Assembly (NCBI GenBank): GCA_963667175.2
Contig: CAXXXF010000013.1
Span: 96,001 to 160,000 of the forward strand
Length of the DNA: 64,000 nt
Source of the DNA: Candidatus Latescibacterota bacterium
GTDB lineage: Bacteria; Latescibacterota; UBA2968; GCA-2709665
Reading direction: 5' to 3'
The translations under genes and the position numbers were made by a program. This document shows, piece by piece, positions 48,726 to 59,400 of the stretch. The number at the start of each line of letters is the position of its first letter. Position 1 is the first letter of the stretch. Under the pieces are notes generated by a model that was not told the origin of the DNA, did no database searches, and was given only the letters and a program-made list of their open reading frames with translations.

Positions 48726-49841
48726 ATGTCCGCGCCGCCTCAACCCTGCGTCACGTACGAGTCTCTCGGGGTTCGCCCCCTGATCAATTGTATGGGAACC
48801 TACACCATCATCTCGGGTTCTCTGATGCTGCCGGAAGTCCGCCAGGCCATACAGGATGCCTCGAAAGCGTACGTGCATCTGGACGAACTGATGGAAAGGG
48901 TGGGCGCCAGGATCGCTGAACTGATGGCATGCGAATGGGGCATGGTTACCAGCGGTTGCGCTGCCGCGTTGTGCCAGGTCACCGCCGCCTGCGTGGCGGG
49001 CATGGATCCTGAACGCATGAAACGCCTGCCCGATACCTCCGGCATGAAGAACCGGGTCATCACGCAGCCCTCCCACCGGCACGTCTATGACCACGCCATC
49101 CGAATGGTCGGCGTACAAATCGTCGAGGTCGAAACCCTTCGCCAGATGGAGGCGGCCATCGACGAATCCACCGCCATGATCGCCATTTTCGGCGACGCGG
49201 CCGACCGGGGCACGATCTCCGTGCCCGCCATGGTCAGCATCGCCCGGAAATACGGCGTGCCGACGTTCGTCGACGCGGCCGCGGAACGTCCGGACGTGCC
49301 CAATCCCTATCTGACGGACGGCGTGGACGTGGTCGCGTACAGCGGCGGCAAGTGCCTTCGCGGTCCCCAGGCGTCCGGTCTGGTTCTGGGACGAAAAGAC
49401 GTCCTCCACGCCGCCTTTATGAACGGCGCGCCGCACCATTCGCTTGCCCGTCCGATGAAGGCGGGCAAGGAGGAAGTGATGGGACTCCTCGCTGCGGTGG
49501 AACAGTGGGTCAGGCGAGACCACGTCGCGGAATGGCAGGAGTGGGAGCGCCGCCTCGAAACCATCGTGAATGAGGTCGCGCATATCCCAACCCTGACGTC
49601 GGAAATCCTTCAGCCCGGCCGGTCCAACGTCGCCCCGGTGCTTGCCGTCAACTGGGATCCGGAAGCCGTCCGAGTTACGCCGGAAGAGGCCAGGCGGCAA
49701 CTTTCAGAAGGCAACCCGCGCATCGAACTCTTCCACACGGGGAGCGGCGTGGAAGTTATGCCCTACATGATGGAATCCGGCGAAGACGTCCTCGTCGCCC
49801 GCCGCCTCAAACAGGTCCTCGAAGCCGCGCTGCCGAACTGA
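48726..49841 (+). CDS. SelA-like / DgaE-like PLP-dependent enzyme
   Basis: 'LGVRPLINCMGTYT..SGS', 'TSGCAAAL', 'VDAAAE', 'YSGGKCLRGPQASG', 'RPMKAGKEE'. Confidence 0.85.
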   Translation: MSAPPQPCVTYESLGVRPLINCMGTYTIISGSLMLPEVRQAIQDASKAYVHLDELMERVGARIAELMACEWGMVTSGCAAALCQVTAACVAGMDPERMKRLPDTSGMKNRVITQPSHRHVYDHAIRMVGVQIVEVETLRQMEAAIDESTAMIAIFGDAADRGTISVPAMVSIARKYGVPTFVDAAAERPDVPNPYLTDGVDVVAYSGGKCLRGPQASGLVLGRKDVLHAAFMNGAPHHSLARPMKAGKEEVMGLLAAVEQWVRRDHVAEWQEWERRLETIVNEVAHIPTLTSEILQPGRSNVAPVLAVNWDPEAVRVTPEEARRQLSEGNPRIELFHTGSGVEVMPYMMESGEDVLVARRLKQVLEAALPN

Positions 49842-49911
49842 AATTTCAATCGGGTCACGATAGCCCGCACGCGGCGCATCTCGCCGATCCGGGCCCCCGA
49901 CGGAGGCCCTG

Positions 49912-51147
49912 ATGCGCGTCGAAATCACCCGCCATGCGCTGGACCGCGTCCCCCTCTCCATCATCTTCGACGACTCCACCCTGCTGGTCAACCTCAACTA
50001 CTTCTTCATGCGGGACAGAAACCCCATCGACGGCCAGCGCCGCCGATGGGAGGACGTGCCGGTCGTCCACCCGGAGTCCTTCACGCGGGAATTCGCCGAG
50101 TACTGCCTCGACCAGGGTGTCAAGGGGAAATTCAGCGTCGTCCCATGTCCGGCGGCGCTGGGGCGGATCGACCATGGGCTGCCGCTCTTCAGCAAGGCGC
50201 AGCAGGAAAGTTGGCTGGATATGTGCAGGGAGCTCATCGTACCCAATTTCGACGTCACACCGGAGATGATGACCCACACGTTCGTGGTGGACCTGGAGAC
50301 GTTGAAGCCGGTGGACCCCAACCTCTGGGAACAGTGGGGCTGGAACCAGTTGCCCACGGACCGGGAGGACCTGGTGACCGACTACATCGCGCTTGCCTGT
50401 GAGATTCTCCACAACGTCGGCCTGACGCCCGACGGCGTCACTTCGCCCGGCGGATTCGGCAATCCGCTCGACTTCTACGCCAGATGCGCCGAAGCCGCCT
50501 GCCGCCGCGTCACCGGCAACCCCACGCCCTATCTGTTCAAACGCGTGTCCAACGGCGCGGTGGAGACGCCCGTGTGGCACCCCGACCGCGACGCGGGAAC
50601 GGCGATGGGCGAGATCATCGCCGGCACGGGAGACTGGACAGGGTCCTGGACGGGATACGGGGAAGTCAACCCCGATCGATACATCACGGCCGACCTTCAG
50701 GGAGGGCGATTGCCGGCCCTTATCGACGCGGCCGACCCCGCCGTCCTCATCAGCCACTGGCAGGGCTTCTATGGCCTCCACGACGCCGACCGCCGCGGAT
50801 TCAATGCCTTCAAGACCGTTGTCCGCCGGCTGAAAGAACGGGACCCTGCCGGCGAACGCACCCGGTGGCGCAAATGCAGCGAGATTACAACCTACGCCAT
50901 CATGCGGGAGATGGCCGAACTCACGTTCGAAGGCAACACGGTCACGCTCGACCTGCCCGTGCGCGTGCCGGAGTTGACGTTGTGCGTGAGGGAGAAGAGA
51001 ATCAGGTCCGTGGCGGCAGACGGTGCGCCGCTTGCCCGCGCCCCGATCAGGGCCGCATTCCGAAGTCAGACCTTCTACGAGGAGAACGGCGCAACCTTCA
51101 TCGCCGTCGATCCGCAACGTCGAACAACCACCCTGGAACTCCAGTAA
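49912..51147 (+). CDS. Hypothetical protein (possible polysaccharide-deacetylase-like fold)
   Basis: 'SIIFDD', 'GVKGKFSVVP', 'PEMMTH', 'GVTSPG', 'SHWQ'; GGAGG RBS. Confidence 0.6.
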   Translation: MRVEITRHALDRVPLSIIFDDSTLLVNLNYFFMRDRNPIDGQRRRWEDVPVVHPESFTREFAEYCLDQGVKGKFSVVPCPAALGRIDHGLPLFSKAQQESWLDMCRELIVPNFDVTPEMMTHTFVVDLETLKPVDPNLWEQWGWNQLPTDREDLVTDYIALACEILHNVGLTPDGVTSPGGFGNPLDFYARCAEAACRRVTGNPTPYLFKRVSNGAVETPVWHPDRDAGTAMGEIIAGTGDWTGSWTGYGEVNPDRYITADLQGGRLPALIDAADPAVLISHWQGFYGLHDADRRGFNAFKTVVRRLKERDPAGERTRWRKCSEITTYAIMREMAELTFEGNTVTLDLPVRVPELTLCVREKRIRSVAADGAPLARAPIRAAFRSQTFYEENGATFIAVDPQRRTTTLELQ

Positions 51148-51163
51148 ACCGGATATCAGCGCC

Positions 51164-51622
51164 ATGAGACTCTGCGACGCATTGGTCAGCGACCGTATCG
51201 AACTCAATCTGACCAGCCCCGATCGGAACGGCGCCATTCGCGAGTTGATCGAAATGATCGGCCGGTCGGTGGACCTGCCCGATCCCGACGCCCTGCTTGG
51301 CCTGATCCTTGAACAGGAGGCCATCAAAACCAGCGGCGTGGACCAGGACGTGGCGATTCCGCACGCCCGGACGGACGACGTTGTGGGCGTGGTCGTGGGG
51401 CTGGGTATTTCCAGAGACGGCATCGACTTCCGGAGCCTCGACGGGCAACCCGTACACCTGATCTTCCTGATCCTTTCTTCCGAAGCGTCGATGCCGGCCT
51501 ACATGAGCGTTCTGAGCCGTACCGCCCGCATTTTCGACCGCGAGGCGATCCGGCGGCAGGTTCTGGGGGCCGCGTCGCCCGACGAGATTATGGAAATCAT
51601 CCGCGCACAGGAGCCGTTTTAA
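51164..51622 (+). CDS. PTS EIIA (Ntr/fructose-type) domain protein
   Basis: 'VAIPHAR' phospho-His motif, 'GIDF.SLDGQPVHLIFL'. Confidence 0.88.
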   Translation: MRLCDALVSDRIELNLTSPDRNGAIRELIEMIGRSVDLPDPDALLGLILEQEAIKTSGVDQDVAIPHARTDDVVGVVVGLGISRDGIDFRSLDGQPVHLIFLILSSEASMPAYMSVLSRTARIFDREAIRRQVLGAASPDEIMEIIRAQEPF

Positions 51623-51684
51623 AAGCCGGGACACCGGATCCCGTTCGACGTCCGGCTGCGATCCCCGTCAGGTCGCCTATTGCC

Positions 51685-52020
51685 ATGCATTTGCTCTTTA
51701 TCACTCTCTATCGCGAGGACCTCCTCGACGAGGTCCTCTCCGGCCTCGTGGAATTGGAAATCACGGGCGCGACGGTTCTTGAAGGAACCGCCATGGAACG
51801 CATCCTCGCCGAGGAAGTGCCCATTTTCGCGGGTCTGCTGCCGGCCGGACCCGGTCGGACGAGCGCTATCGCGGCGCCCCTCGACGATCGCGCCTTGCTC
51901 GAGCCGCTCGTCCGGCTTTTCAGAGAAACCGGTGTCGACTTCAAGCAGCCCGGCGTCGGGAGGCTCTTTCTGCTGCCTGTCGATTTCTGCCTTGGACCGG
52001 AAAGTCGAGAACCTCCATGA
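51685..52020 (+). CDS. PII-like (GlnB-fold) small protein
   Basis: 111 aa; 'LDEVL..L.E..ITGATVLE..M', C-terminal 'PGVG.LF.LPV...G'. Confidence 0.6.
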   Translation: MHLLFITLYREDLLDEVLSGLVELEITGATVLEGTAMERILAEEVPIFAGLLPAGPGRTSAIAAPLDDRALLEPLVRLFRETGVDFKQPGVGRLFLLPVDFCLGPESREPP

Positions 52021-53204
52021 AGCTGGTTGTCGCCGCCATTCTGATCGTCGCCATCGCATTCGTCGGTTCCCGCCTCAGTTTCGTCCAAATCCGCCTGCCC
52101 CTCGGCGTCCGGAATCTCTTTCTCACCGGTATGGAATTCGTCCTGGTCGGCTTTCTTCTCGGCGGGGCCGTCCTCGATCTGCTTGACGTGAAGACCCTGG
52201 ACGGTCTCTATCCGTTCCTGGGCATGGGTCTCTCGTGGATCGGCATGCTCTTCGGTGTTCAGTGGGAGTTTCGACGGCTGAACCACATTCCCGCGAGGGT
52301 CTTCGGCGTCGCGTTCGTACAGAGTCTGATCACCATCTTCGTTGTTGCGGTACCGTTCTTCCTGCTGTTCAGCCGCTTTTTTTCGCACGGAACGGAACTC
52401 CTCGTCATCGCCGCGGTCACACTGGCCGCCGCGGCATCCGGCACGGCTTCAAGCGGTCTGACGCTGTTCGCACGAGACACCCCGTCTCGCGCGCGTCCCC
52501 TCATGCGGCTTCTCACGAACGTCTCCAATATCGACGACGTCGTCGGTCTCACCGCCTTCGGCCTCATTTCCTGCCTGGCCGTTCTGCACGCGGGCGCATC
52601 CACCATTCTCTGGATCGGCGTCTCCGTGGGGCTCGGTCTTAGCGTCGGTCTGCTGGTCGTCGCCCTCACCGCCTACCGCCTCAGGAACGACGAGATGCTG
52701 CTGGTCGTGATCGGCGCGATCACGTTTTCCGGTGGCCTTGCGCTGTATCTCAGCCTGTCTCCACTGCTCGTTAATCTGATCGCGGGCGTCATTGTGGCAA
52801 ACATGGCGAGAGGTCGCGCCAGAGCGGGTATTCGCAGCGTACTGCTGAGGGGAGAACACTCCATCTACATCATTTTTCTGATCCTGGTGGGCGCCGGATG
52901 GCGAATCGAATCCGTCTGGATTCTGGCGCTCGTGCCCGTCTACGTTCTCGTCCGGACGCTCGGCAAGGCTGCTGGCGGGTCCGTCTCCGTTCGCCTGTTT
53001 CTGCCCGGGTCACGTGCGCTGAGTAAATTGGGCCTGGGCCTGCTTTCTCACGGGGGAATGGCCGTGGCCATCGTGGTCAACCTGCACCAGATCCACCGCT
53101 CCGAACTGACGGACGCCGTGATTTCCGTCGTGCTGCCGGGCATCATCCTCAGCGAGCTCATTGCTCCGGCCTCGACGCGACGCCTGCTGGAAAACGCCCC
53201 ATGA
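52017..53204 (+). CDS. Cation:proton antiporter-like membrane protein
   Basis: About 12-13 TM segments, 'IDDVVG', 'LSPLL', 'R.LGK..G'; ATGA overlap. Confidence 0.75.
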   Translation: MKLVVAAILIVAIAFVGSRLSFVQIRLPLGVRNLFLTGMEFVLVGFLLGGAVLDLLDVKTLDGLYPFLGMGLSWIGMLFGVQWEFRRLNHIPARVFGVAFVQSLITIFVVAVPFFLLFSRFFSHGTELLVIAAVTLAAAASGTASSGLTLFARDTPSRARPLMRLLTNVSNIDDVVGLTAFGLISCLAVLHAGASTILWIGVSVGLGLSVGLLVVALTAYRLRNDEMLLVVIGAITFSGGLALYLSLSPLLVNLIAGVIVANMARGRARAGIRSVLLRGEHSIYIIFLILVGAGWRIESVWILALVPVYVLVRTLGKAAGGSVSVRLFLPGSRALSKLGLGLLSHGGMAVAIVVNLHQIHRSELTDAVISVVLPGIILSELIAPASTRRLLENAP

Positions 53205-54517
53205 GGCTGATTCTCGTCTTTATCGCTCTGAGTCTGCTCATGGCGTGGGCCGGCTCCACTCCGCCCGGAGACGCGCCCGGCGCGTACGCGACCCTGGTTG
53301 TGGGTCTGCTCCTGCTCTCCGGCTACGTGGCGGGTCATGTCCTCGCGACGTTGCGGCTGCCCCGGATCACGGGATACCTCTGCGTGGGCATGCTCACGGG
53401 TCCGTTTCTCCTGGGCTTCCTGACGAGAGAAGCCGTAAGCCAACTCGGTTTTGTGAACGAACTGGCCGTGACGTTCATCGCACTGGCGGCTGGGGGCGAG
53501 TTGCGGGTTGCCCAACTCAGGGAGCGGATGAACGTCATTTTTCTTTCGATGCTCTCCCAGACCACCGTTGTCTTCATCATCGTCACCGTCTTCGTGTTCC
53601 TTGCCGCGCCGCTGCTTCCCTTCACCGCCACCTTCACCAGTCTGCAGATACTCACCGTCGGCATGCTCTTCGGCGTGCTCGCCGTGGCGCGTTCGCCGTC
53701 CAGCGCCATCGCCATTATCAACGAGACGCGGGCGATGGGTCCGTTCACGGAAACCGCGCTGGGCGTCACCGTGGCGCTGGACGTCCTGGTGATCATACTG
53801 TTCGGCGCCGCGGTTTCCTTCTGTGAGGTCGTGATGTCTCCCGCTACCGCCCTGGACACCGGATTTGTCGCCACCCTGGGCGGCGAGGTTCTCCTCGGTA
53901 TCGGCGCCGGCCTGGTCGTGGGCCTGGCCCTGGGTTACTATATCGACCGGGTTCGGGTGAACCTTCCGCTTCTGCTGCTGGGCGCTGCCCTTCTGGTGAC
54001 CAGCATCTCGCACGGCTTCGCCGCGTATCTGAAGGAGGCTTACGGCCTCAATATTCACCCGGAGCCCCTGCTGATCTGCGTGACCGCCGGCTTCACCGTG
54101 CAGAACGTCTCCCGCCAGGGTTTCCGATTCATAGAAGCAATCGAGTCCGTCAGCCTTCCCGTGTACGTGCTGTTCTTCACGCTGGCCGGAGCGGGCCTGA
54201 ACCTGGACGCCCTCAGGCAGACGTGGACCATCGCGATACTGCTCGTGGCCGTGAGAACCGGCGCCATCTACCTGAGCGCGTACGCCGGAGGCCGTCTCGG
54301 AGGCGACCCGCCGCGCTTCAACCGGCTCGCGGGCCTGACTTATCTCACGCAGGCCGGCGTCAGTCTGGGCCTGGCTATGGAGGTCACCCGGCGCTTTCCG
54401 GGCTGGGGAGACGCCTTCGTGACCGTGATCGTCGCCGTCATCGCGGTCAATCAGATGATCGGCCCCATCGCGATGAAACATGCGCTGACGCGCGCCGGAG
54501 AAACCCGGGAAGCCTGA
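53201..54517 (+). CDS. Cation:proton antiporter (Na+/H+ exchanger family)
   Basis: 'LPRITGYL..G...GP', 'IAL.AGGEL', 'SPSS', 'VALDV', 'FFTLAG', 'QAGVSLGL'; ATGA overlap. Confidence 0.82.
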   Translation: MRLILVFIALSLLMAWAGSTPPGDAPGAYATLVVGLLLLSGYVAGHVLATLRLPRITGYLCVGMLTGPFLLGFLTREAVSQLGFVNELAVTFIALAAGGELRVAQLRERMNVIFLSMLSQTTVVFIIVTVFVFLAAPLLPFTATFTSLQILTVGMLFGVLAVARSPSSAIAIINETRAMGPFTETALGVTVALDVLVIILFGAAVSFCEVVMSPATALDTGFVATLGGEVLLGIGAGLVVGLALGYYIDRVRVNLPLLLLGAALLVTSISHGFAAYLKEAYGLNIHPEPLLICVTAGFTVQNVSRQGFRFIEAIESVSLPVYVLFFTLAGAGLNLDALRQTWTIAILLVAVRTGAIYLSAYAGGRLGGDPPRFNRLAGLTYLTQAGVSLGLAMEVTRRFPGWGDAFVTVIVAVIAVNQMIGPIAMKHALTRAGETREA

Positions 54518-54795
54518 TCGCAATGCCCATTCTGCAGTGACGTCCGCAAACGCCGGCGAGGACCCGATCGCGTAACGGTCTTCAAACCGGTCGAGGTCAC
54601 GCGCGGCAGGCGCGAAGTACCGGTCGATCGTCCGCCACGATGGGAAGTATCTGGTCGATTCGGCTTGCCGTAATGCAGTAATGGCTTACATTATTATCAT
54701 AAGACGAACGACGTTGCGGCCAATTGAAGAGTTCATTCCGGCTTGCGCCTCCCGGTCCATCGTTGCCTTGTATGGAAACGCAAGGAAACTGCAGA

Positions 54796-56352
54796 ATGTC
54801 CATTGAGGGAAAACCACAGCCGTCGGAGGATGCCGGCGAGCACCGCAGGCTGCTCGGCCTGGATATCTACCTGACACCCGTGTTTGTAATATCCAGCATT
54901 AGCATCGTCGCCTTTGTTGCAGGGGCGCTGTTCTTCCAGGAAACCGCGACGGTCGTATCTAAAGAGACGCGCACGTGGCTGACAACGAATCTCGACTGGT
55001 TCTTTATGAGCGCGGCCAACCTCGTCGTACTCTTCTGCGTCTACGTCGCCGTTTCGCCGATGGGGCGGGTGCGCCTGGGAGGGCCGCGCGCGAAACCGGA
55101 ATACACGAACGTCTCCTGGCTTGCCATGCTCTTTGCCGCCGGCGTAGGCATCGGTCTTCTGTTCTTCGGAGTCGCGGAGCCGGTCTACCACTTCATGAGC
55201 CCGCCGCTGGGCATCGCGCCCGGGACGGAGGCAGCCGTCGTCGCGGGCATCGCGGCCACGACGTTTCACTGGGGCCTGCACGGCTGGGCCATCTACGGCG
55301 TCGTCGGAATGTCGCTCGCTTATTTCGCTTACAACCGCGGATTACCGCTCACGATTCGCTCGGCGTTTTATCCCCTTTTCCGCGACCGCGTCTGGGGCTG
55401 GCCTGGCCACGTTATCGACACGTTTGCAATATTCGCCGGGTTGTTCGGGCTGGCAACGTCGCTCGGTCTCGGGGTTCAACAGGTAACGTCCGGCTTCAAC
55501 TATCTGTTCGACGTTCCGGTAAGCAGCGCCACGATGGTGGTCATGATTGTGGCGATCACCGCCATTGCCCTGATTTCGGTGCTGACCGGTATCGACGTCG
55601 GCATCAAACGTCTGAGTCAGTTCAACGTGGTCGTCGCGCTTGGGCTGCTTCTCGCCGTCATCCTGCTCGGTCCGACGGCTTACATCCTGAGCAGTATCGC
55701 CCGTGGGCTTGGCGGATACCTGACAGAGATCGGTCCTCTCAGCAACTGGATCGGCCGCGAGGACACGGGATTCGTTCGAGACTGGACCACGTTCTACTGG
55801 GCATGGTGGTTCGCCTGGGCGCCGTTCGTGGGGACGTTCATCGCCAGGATTTCGAAGGGACGCACGGTTCGCGAGTTCGTGATCTTCGTTCTGTTGTTGC
55901 CGACTCTGTTTGGCCTGATCTGGTTCGGATCCTTCGGCGGCGGCGCTTTTTACCAGTACATCGTCGAGGGTTACGCAGGGGTTGCCGAGAACGTGGAGGC
56001 ATCGCGACTGGAGATCGCGCTATTCAAAATGCTGGACAGATTGCCTGCGTCGGTCCCGTTATCGTGTGTCGCGATGCTTCTGACGATTGTCTTTTTTGTG
56101 ACGTCGTCGGACTCCGGTTCGCTGATCATCGACACGATTGCGGCCGGCGGCAGGGTTGACGCACCGGTGACGCAACGGGTTTTCTGGTGTACGATTGAGG
56201 GGCTGGTGGCGATTGCGCTCCTGCTTGGCGGAGGATTGGAGGCCTTGCAGGCCGCCTCGCTGGCCACCGGTCTCCCGTTTGCCATCGTTCTGTTGGGAAT
56301 GGCGTTTTGCGTCTGGCGAGGGCTGCGCCGGGAATCGCGCGAGTTGTCCTGA
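54796..56352 (+). CDS. BCCT family (betaine/carnitine/choline) transporter
   Basis: 'SWLAMLFAAGVGIGL.FFGVAEP', 'FHWGLHGWAIY', 'WTTFYWAWW..WAPFVG.FIARISKGRT.REF', 'TSSDSG'. Confidence 0.93.
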   Translation: MSIEGKPQPSEDAGEHRRLLGLDIYLTPVFVISSISIVAFVAGALFFQETATVVSKETRTWLTTNLDWFFMSAANLVVLFCVYVAVSPMGRVRLGGPRAKPEYTNVSWLAMLFAAGVGIGLLFFGVAEPVYHFMSPPLGIAPGTEAAVVAGIAATTFHWGLHGWAIYGVVGMSLAYFAYNRGLPLTIRSAFYPLFRDRVWGWPGHVIDTFAIFAGLFGLATSLGLGVQQVTSGFNYLFDVPVSSATMVVMIVAITAIALISVLTGIDVGIKRLSQFNVVVALGLLLAVILLGPTAYILSSIARGLGGYLTEIGPLSNWIGREDTGFVRDWTTFYWAWWFAWAPFVGTFIARISKGRTVREFVIFVLLLPTLFGLIWFGSFGGGAFYQYIVEGYAGVAENVEASRLEIALFKMLDRLPASVPLSCVAMLLTIVFFVTSSDSGSLIIDTIAAGGRVDAPVTQRVFWCTIEGLVAIALLLGGGLEALQAASLATGLPFAIVLLGMAFCVWRGLRRESRELS

Positions 56353-56451
56353 AGCAAAACTCACTCGGGACGGACGTGAAACCCGCATCCTCGGCTGGGC
56401 CTGCGCGCCAGCTTTCTTCCAAACCTTATTACACGTGACAAGGAGGTTCGC

Positions 56452-59400
56452 ATGAAGTGCAGAGGGATGCATCTGTCGTTTCTTGTATGCGTTGCCGTTG
56501 TTCTCTCGGCGCAATGGGTGTGGGCGCAGTCTACCGGCACCGTGACCGGAACCGTGGTCGACGCGGAGACCGGGGAGCCGCTGGAAGGCGCGAACGTGTC
56601 CATCGAGGCGTTGAAGCTGAACCAGTGGTCGGACCCGGCAGGACGCTTTACCATCCGAGACGTGCCGGCCGGCGTCCACGAGCTGAGCGTGCGACTCATC
56701 GGGTATACGGCCGAGCCACGCGCGATCACCGTCACCTCCGGAGCGACCCTGACCGTTGCGTTGCGTATGGAGCTGGCGCTGCTGTTCATGGATGAGCTCG
56801 TCGTGACCGGCACGGCCGTCAAGAAATCTCCCATAAACCAGCCATACGCGGTTGTGGCGGTTGGACGCGAGGAGATGGCGGAGCAGGGTTCCCCGCAGGC
56901 CGTTGATTTCTTCAAGAACCTGGGCGCGAGCCACGGCGTGATCGGCGAGCGCAGCAGTTGGTACAACGCAGGCCAGGCCGCCACCCTTGCCGAGAGCATC
57001 GCCAATGTGAACCTGCGGGGCCTGGGAGCGTCGCGCACCCTGGTGTTGATCAACAGTCGCCGCCAGACCTACGTCCCGGCGCGTCTGATCGGAGGACGCT
57101 TCGTCGACGTGAACGCCATCCCCGCCATCGCTCTGGATCGGGTCGAGGTGCTCAAGGAGGGCGCCTCGGCCATTTACGGATCGGACGCGGTGGGCGGCGT
57201 CGCCAATTTCCTGACCCGCTCCGACTTCGAGGGCTTCGAGGTCTCTGCCGAGCACGACTATTTCGCCAATGCAGGCGACACGAACGCAGGCGCAATCTGG
57301 GGCGGGAAAATCGGCGAAGCCCACGCGGTTGTCGCCGCGGAGTGGCGGGGCCGGCGGGAGTTGAAGCTATCGGAAAGAGAATATCTGCTGCAGCCATGGC
57401 ACGGCGGCGGGCAGCGTCTGGGATGGTCAAGCCTGGGGAATCCCGGCACCTTCGCCGTCGGGTCGCCAGCCCCGTGGACAGCGACCATCCACGCGCCCCG
57501 TTGCGAGGAATTCGGCGGCTTCCGGGAATCCTGGACCTGTCGTTTTCGGTATCAGCCATGGGACAATCTGATCGAGGAAATGAGTCATAGCCGCGTTTTT
57601 GCCGAAGTCAACGGCAAGCTGGCCAACGGCGCTGAATATCACGTTGAGGGTCTTTGGTCCGAAGCCAGGATTCCCAATTGGTACACCACGCCTTCGTACC
57701 CGCCCTTTCCCCTTACCGACACGAGCATCATGGAAGCCGCGCCGAACCATCCGGGCAGGCAGGCCTTCTGCGCGGACTACGGCGCAGATCCGACCGACCC
57801 GTATTACGAAGCATGTCAGGGCGAAGAGAACTGGTATTTCAACGGACGCCCCTTTGGCAACTCGGGCCCGGAACGTCTCTTAAGCCGCAAATCCCGCACG
57901 TATCGCATGGCGGCGTCCTTAAACGGGGACTTCGAGGGAATCGGCGGTCGAGACGCCCATTTCGATCTCGGTATCGCCTACTCGGGCACGTCCGGCAACT
58001 ACAACCTGCCCGGGGTGTACGTCGAGCGGCTCTTCCTCGGCTTCCGGGGATTCGGGGGCCCGCGTTGCGGAGTGGGCGTCGTGGCAGACCCTGCGTCCCT
58101 CGCCGGAATGCGGCTCGGCCCCCTCAGCGGCCAGGTTGCCGGCCAGGGCGACTGCCAGTATTACAACCCGTTCAGCAACGCCATCGAGTACTCGCAGCAA
58201 CCCGGCTCGGCATTTGAGAACAGGGCGAATCCCGACTACCGCTCGGGGCTCGCCAACAGCCCGGAGTTGAGGCAATGGCTCAATCAGGAAGTCGATCTGC
58301 AGAGCACCGCGGATATGCTGGTCGCCGACGCCACGCTGAGCGGAATCTGGATTGAGGACGTCGCGAGCTACGCGGCGGGCTACCAGTTCCGCCTGCTCAA
58401 CGCCACCGGCGATCCCAACGATGAGGGCGACGTTACCCGCAACCCTTGCCCGGTCATCGGCGACAAGAGCTGCTCGGAAGAGGATAAGTTCGGCCCTTAC
58501 GCGTTTACCAACGTGCATCTGCCGTACGACGAATCCCAGACCGTGCATCGCTTCTTTTCCGAAATTCCCCTGCGCCTGGGGTCGCGCTTCGACGTCCAGC
58601 TCGCCGCCAACTACGAGTTTCACGACGTGGCGAGCAGTTTCGATCCCAAGTTCGGCTGGCGCTATCAGCTGGTGGATTCCCCGGCGCAATCCCTGTTTCT
58701 CCGCGGCTCAGTTCAAACGACGTTTCGCACCCCGTCCCTGGACGACGTGAATGAAAGCCCGCTGACGACGCTCGAGTGGATCAACGAAACGGGCGCGTAT
58801 CAAGCGGTGGACCGAATCGGCAGCAAGGACCTCAGACCCGAACAGGCTTTTACCTATAACGCGGGCCTCGCGCTTATTACCGAGACGGGATTCGAAGCGA
58901 CCGTGGACTACTGGAGTTACGACTTCAGCGACGTGATCGGTTCCATGCCCCACGGCGCCATTACCGCCCTATACGCGGTTGAAGCAAATAAGGATGCGCT
59001 GAAACAGTTCATCGTCTGCCCCGACGGGCTGGGCACGGGCACGTGCGAGGCCTCCCAACTCGAGCGGGTGCAAGTCGACATCGTGAATTGGCCTGGGCTC
59101 AAAACCTCCGGAATCGATCTGCACCTGAATGCGCGGGCGCAGCGTGGCACGGGGCTGTTCAGGGCCAGCCTGGAAGGCACCTATACGCTGGCGTACGAGA
59201 CAAAATCCCTGCGGTTGGGCGGCCTGGCGCTTCAGGACGCCGCAGACGCCGCGGGCTACCTGAATTTCGGCAATCCGATCGCAACGTCGCTTCCCAAGTT
59301 CAAGGGACGGATTTCCGGGAGCTATTACAGGCAAGACTGGACCTTCGCGAGCTATCTGAATTACATCTCGTCTTACGAAGACCGGGGGTCGACAGCATCG

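Noticed and set aside
48726-49841. True selenocysteine synthase selA
   Set aside because: Short SelA-like/DgaE type; no selB, selD or tRNA-Sec in the window.
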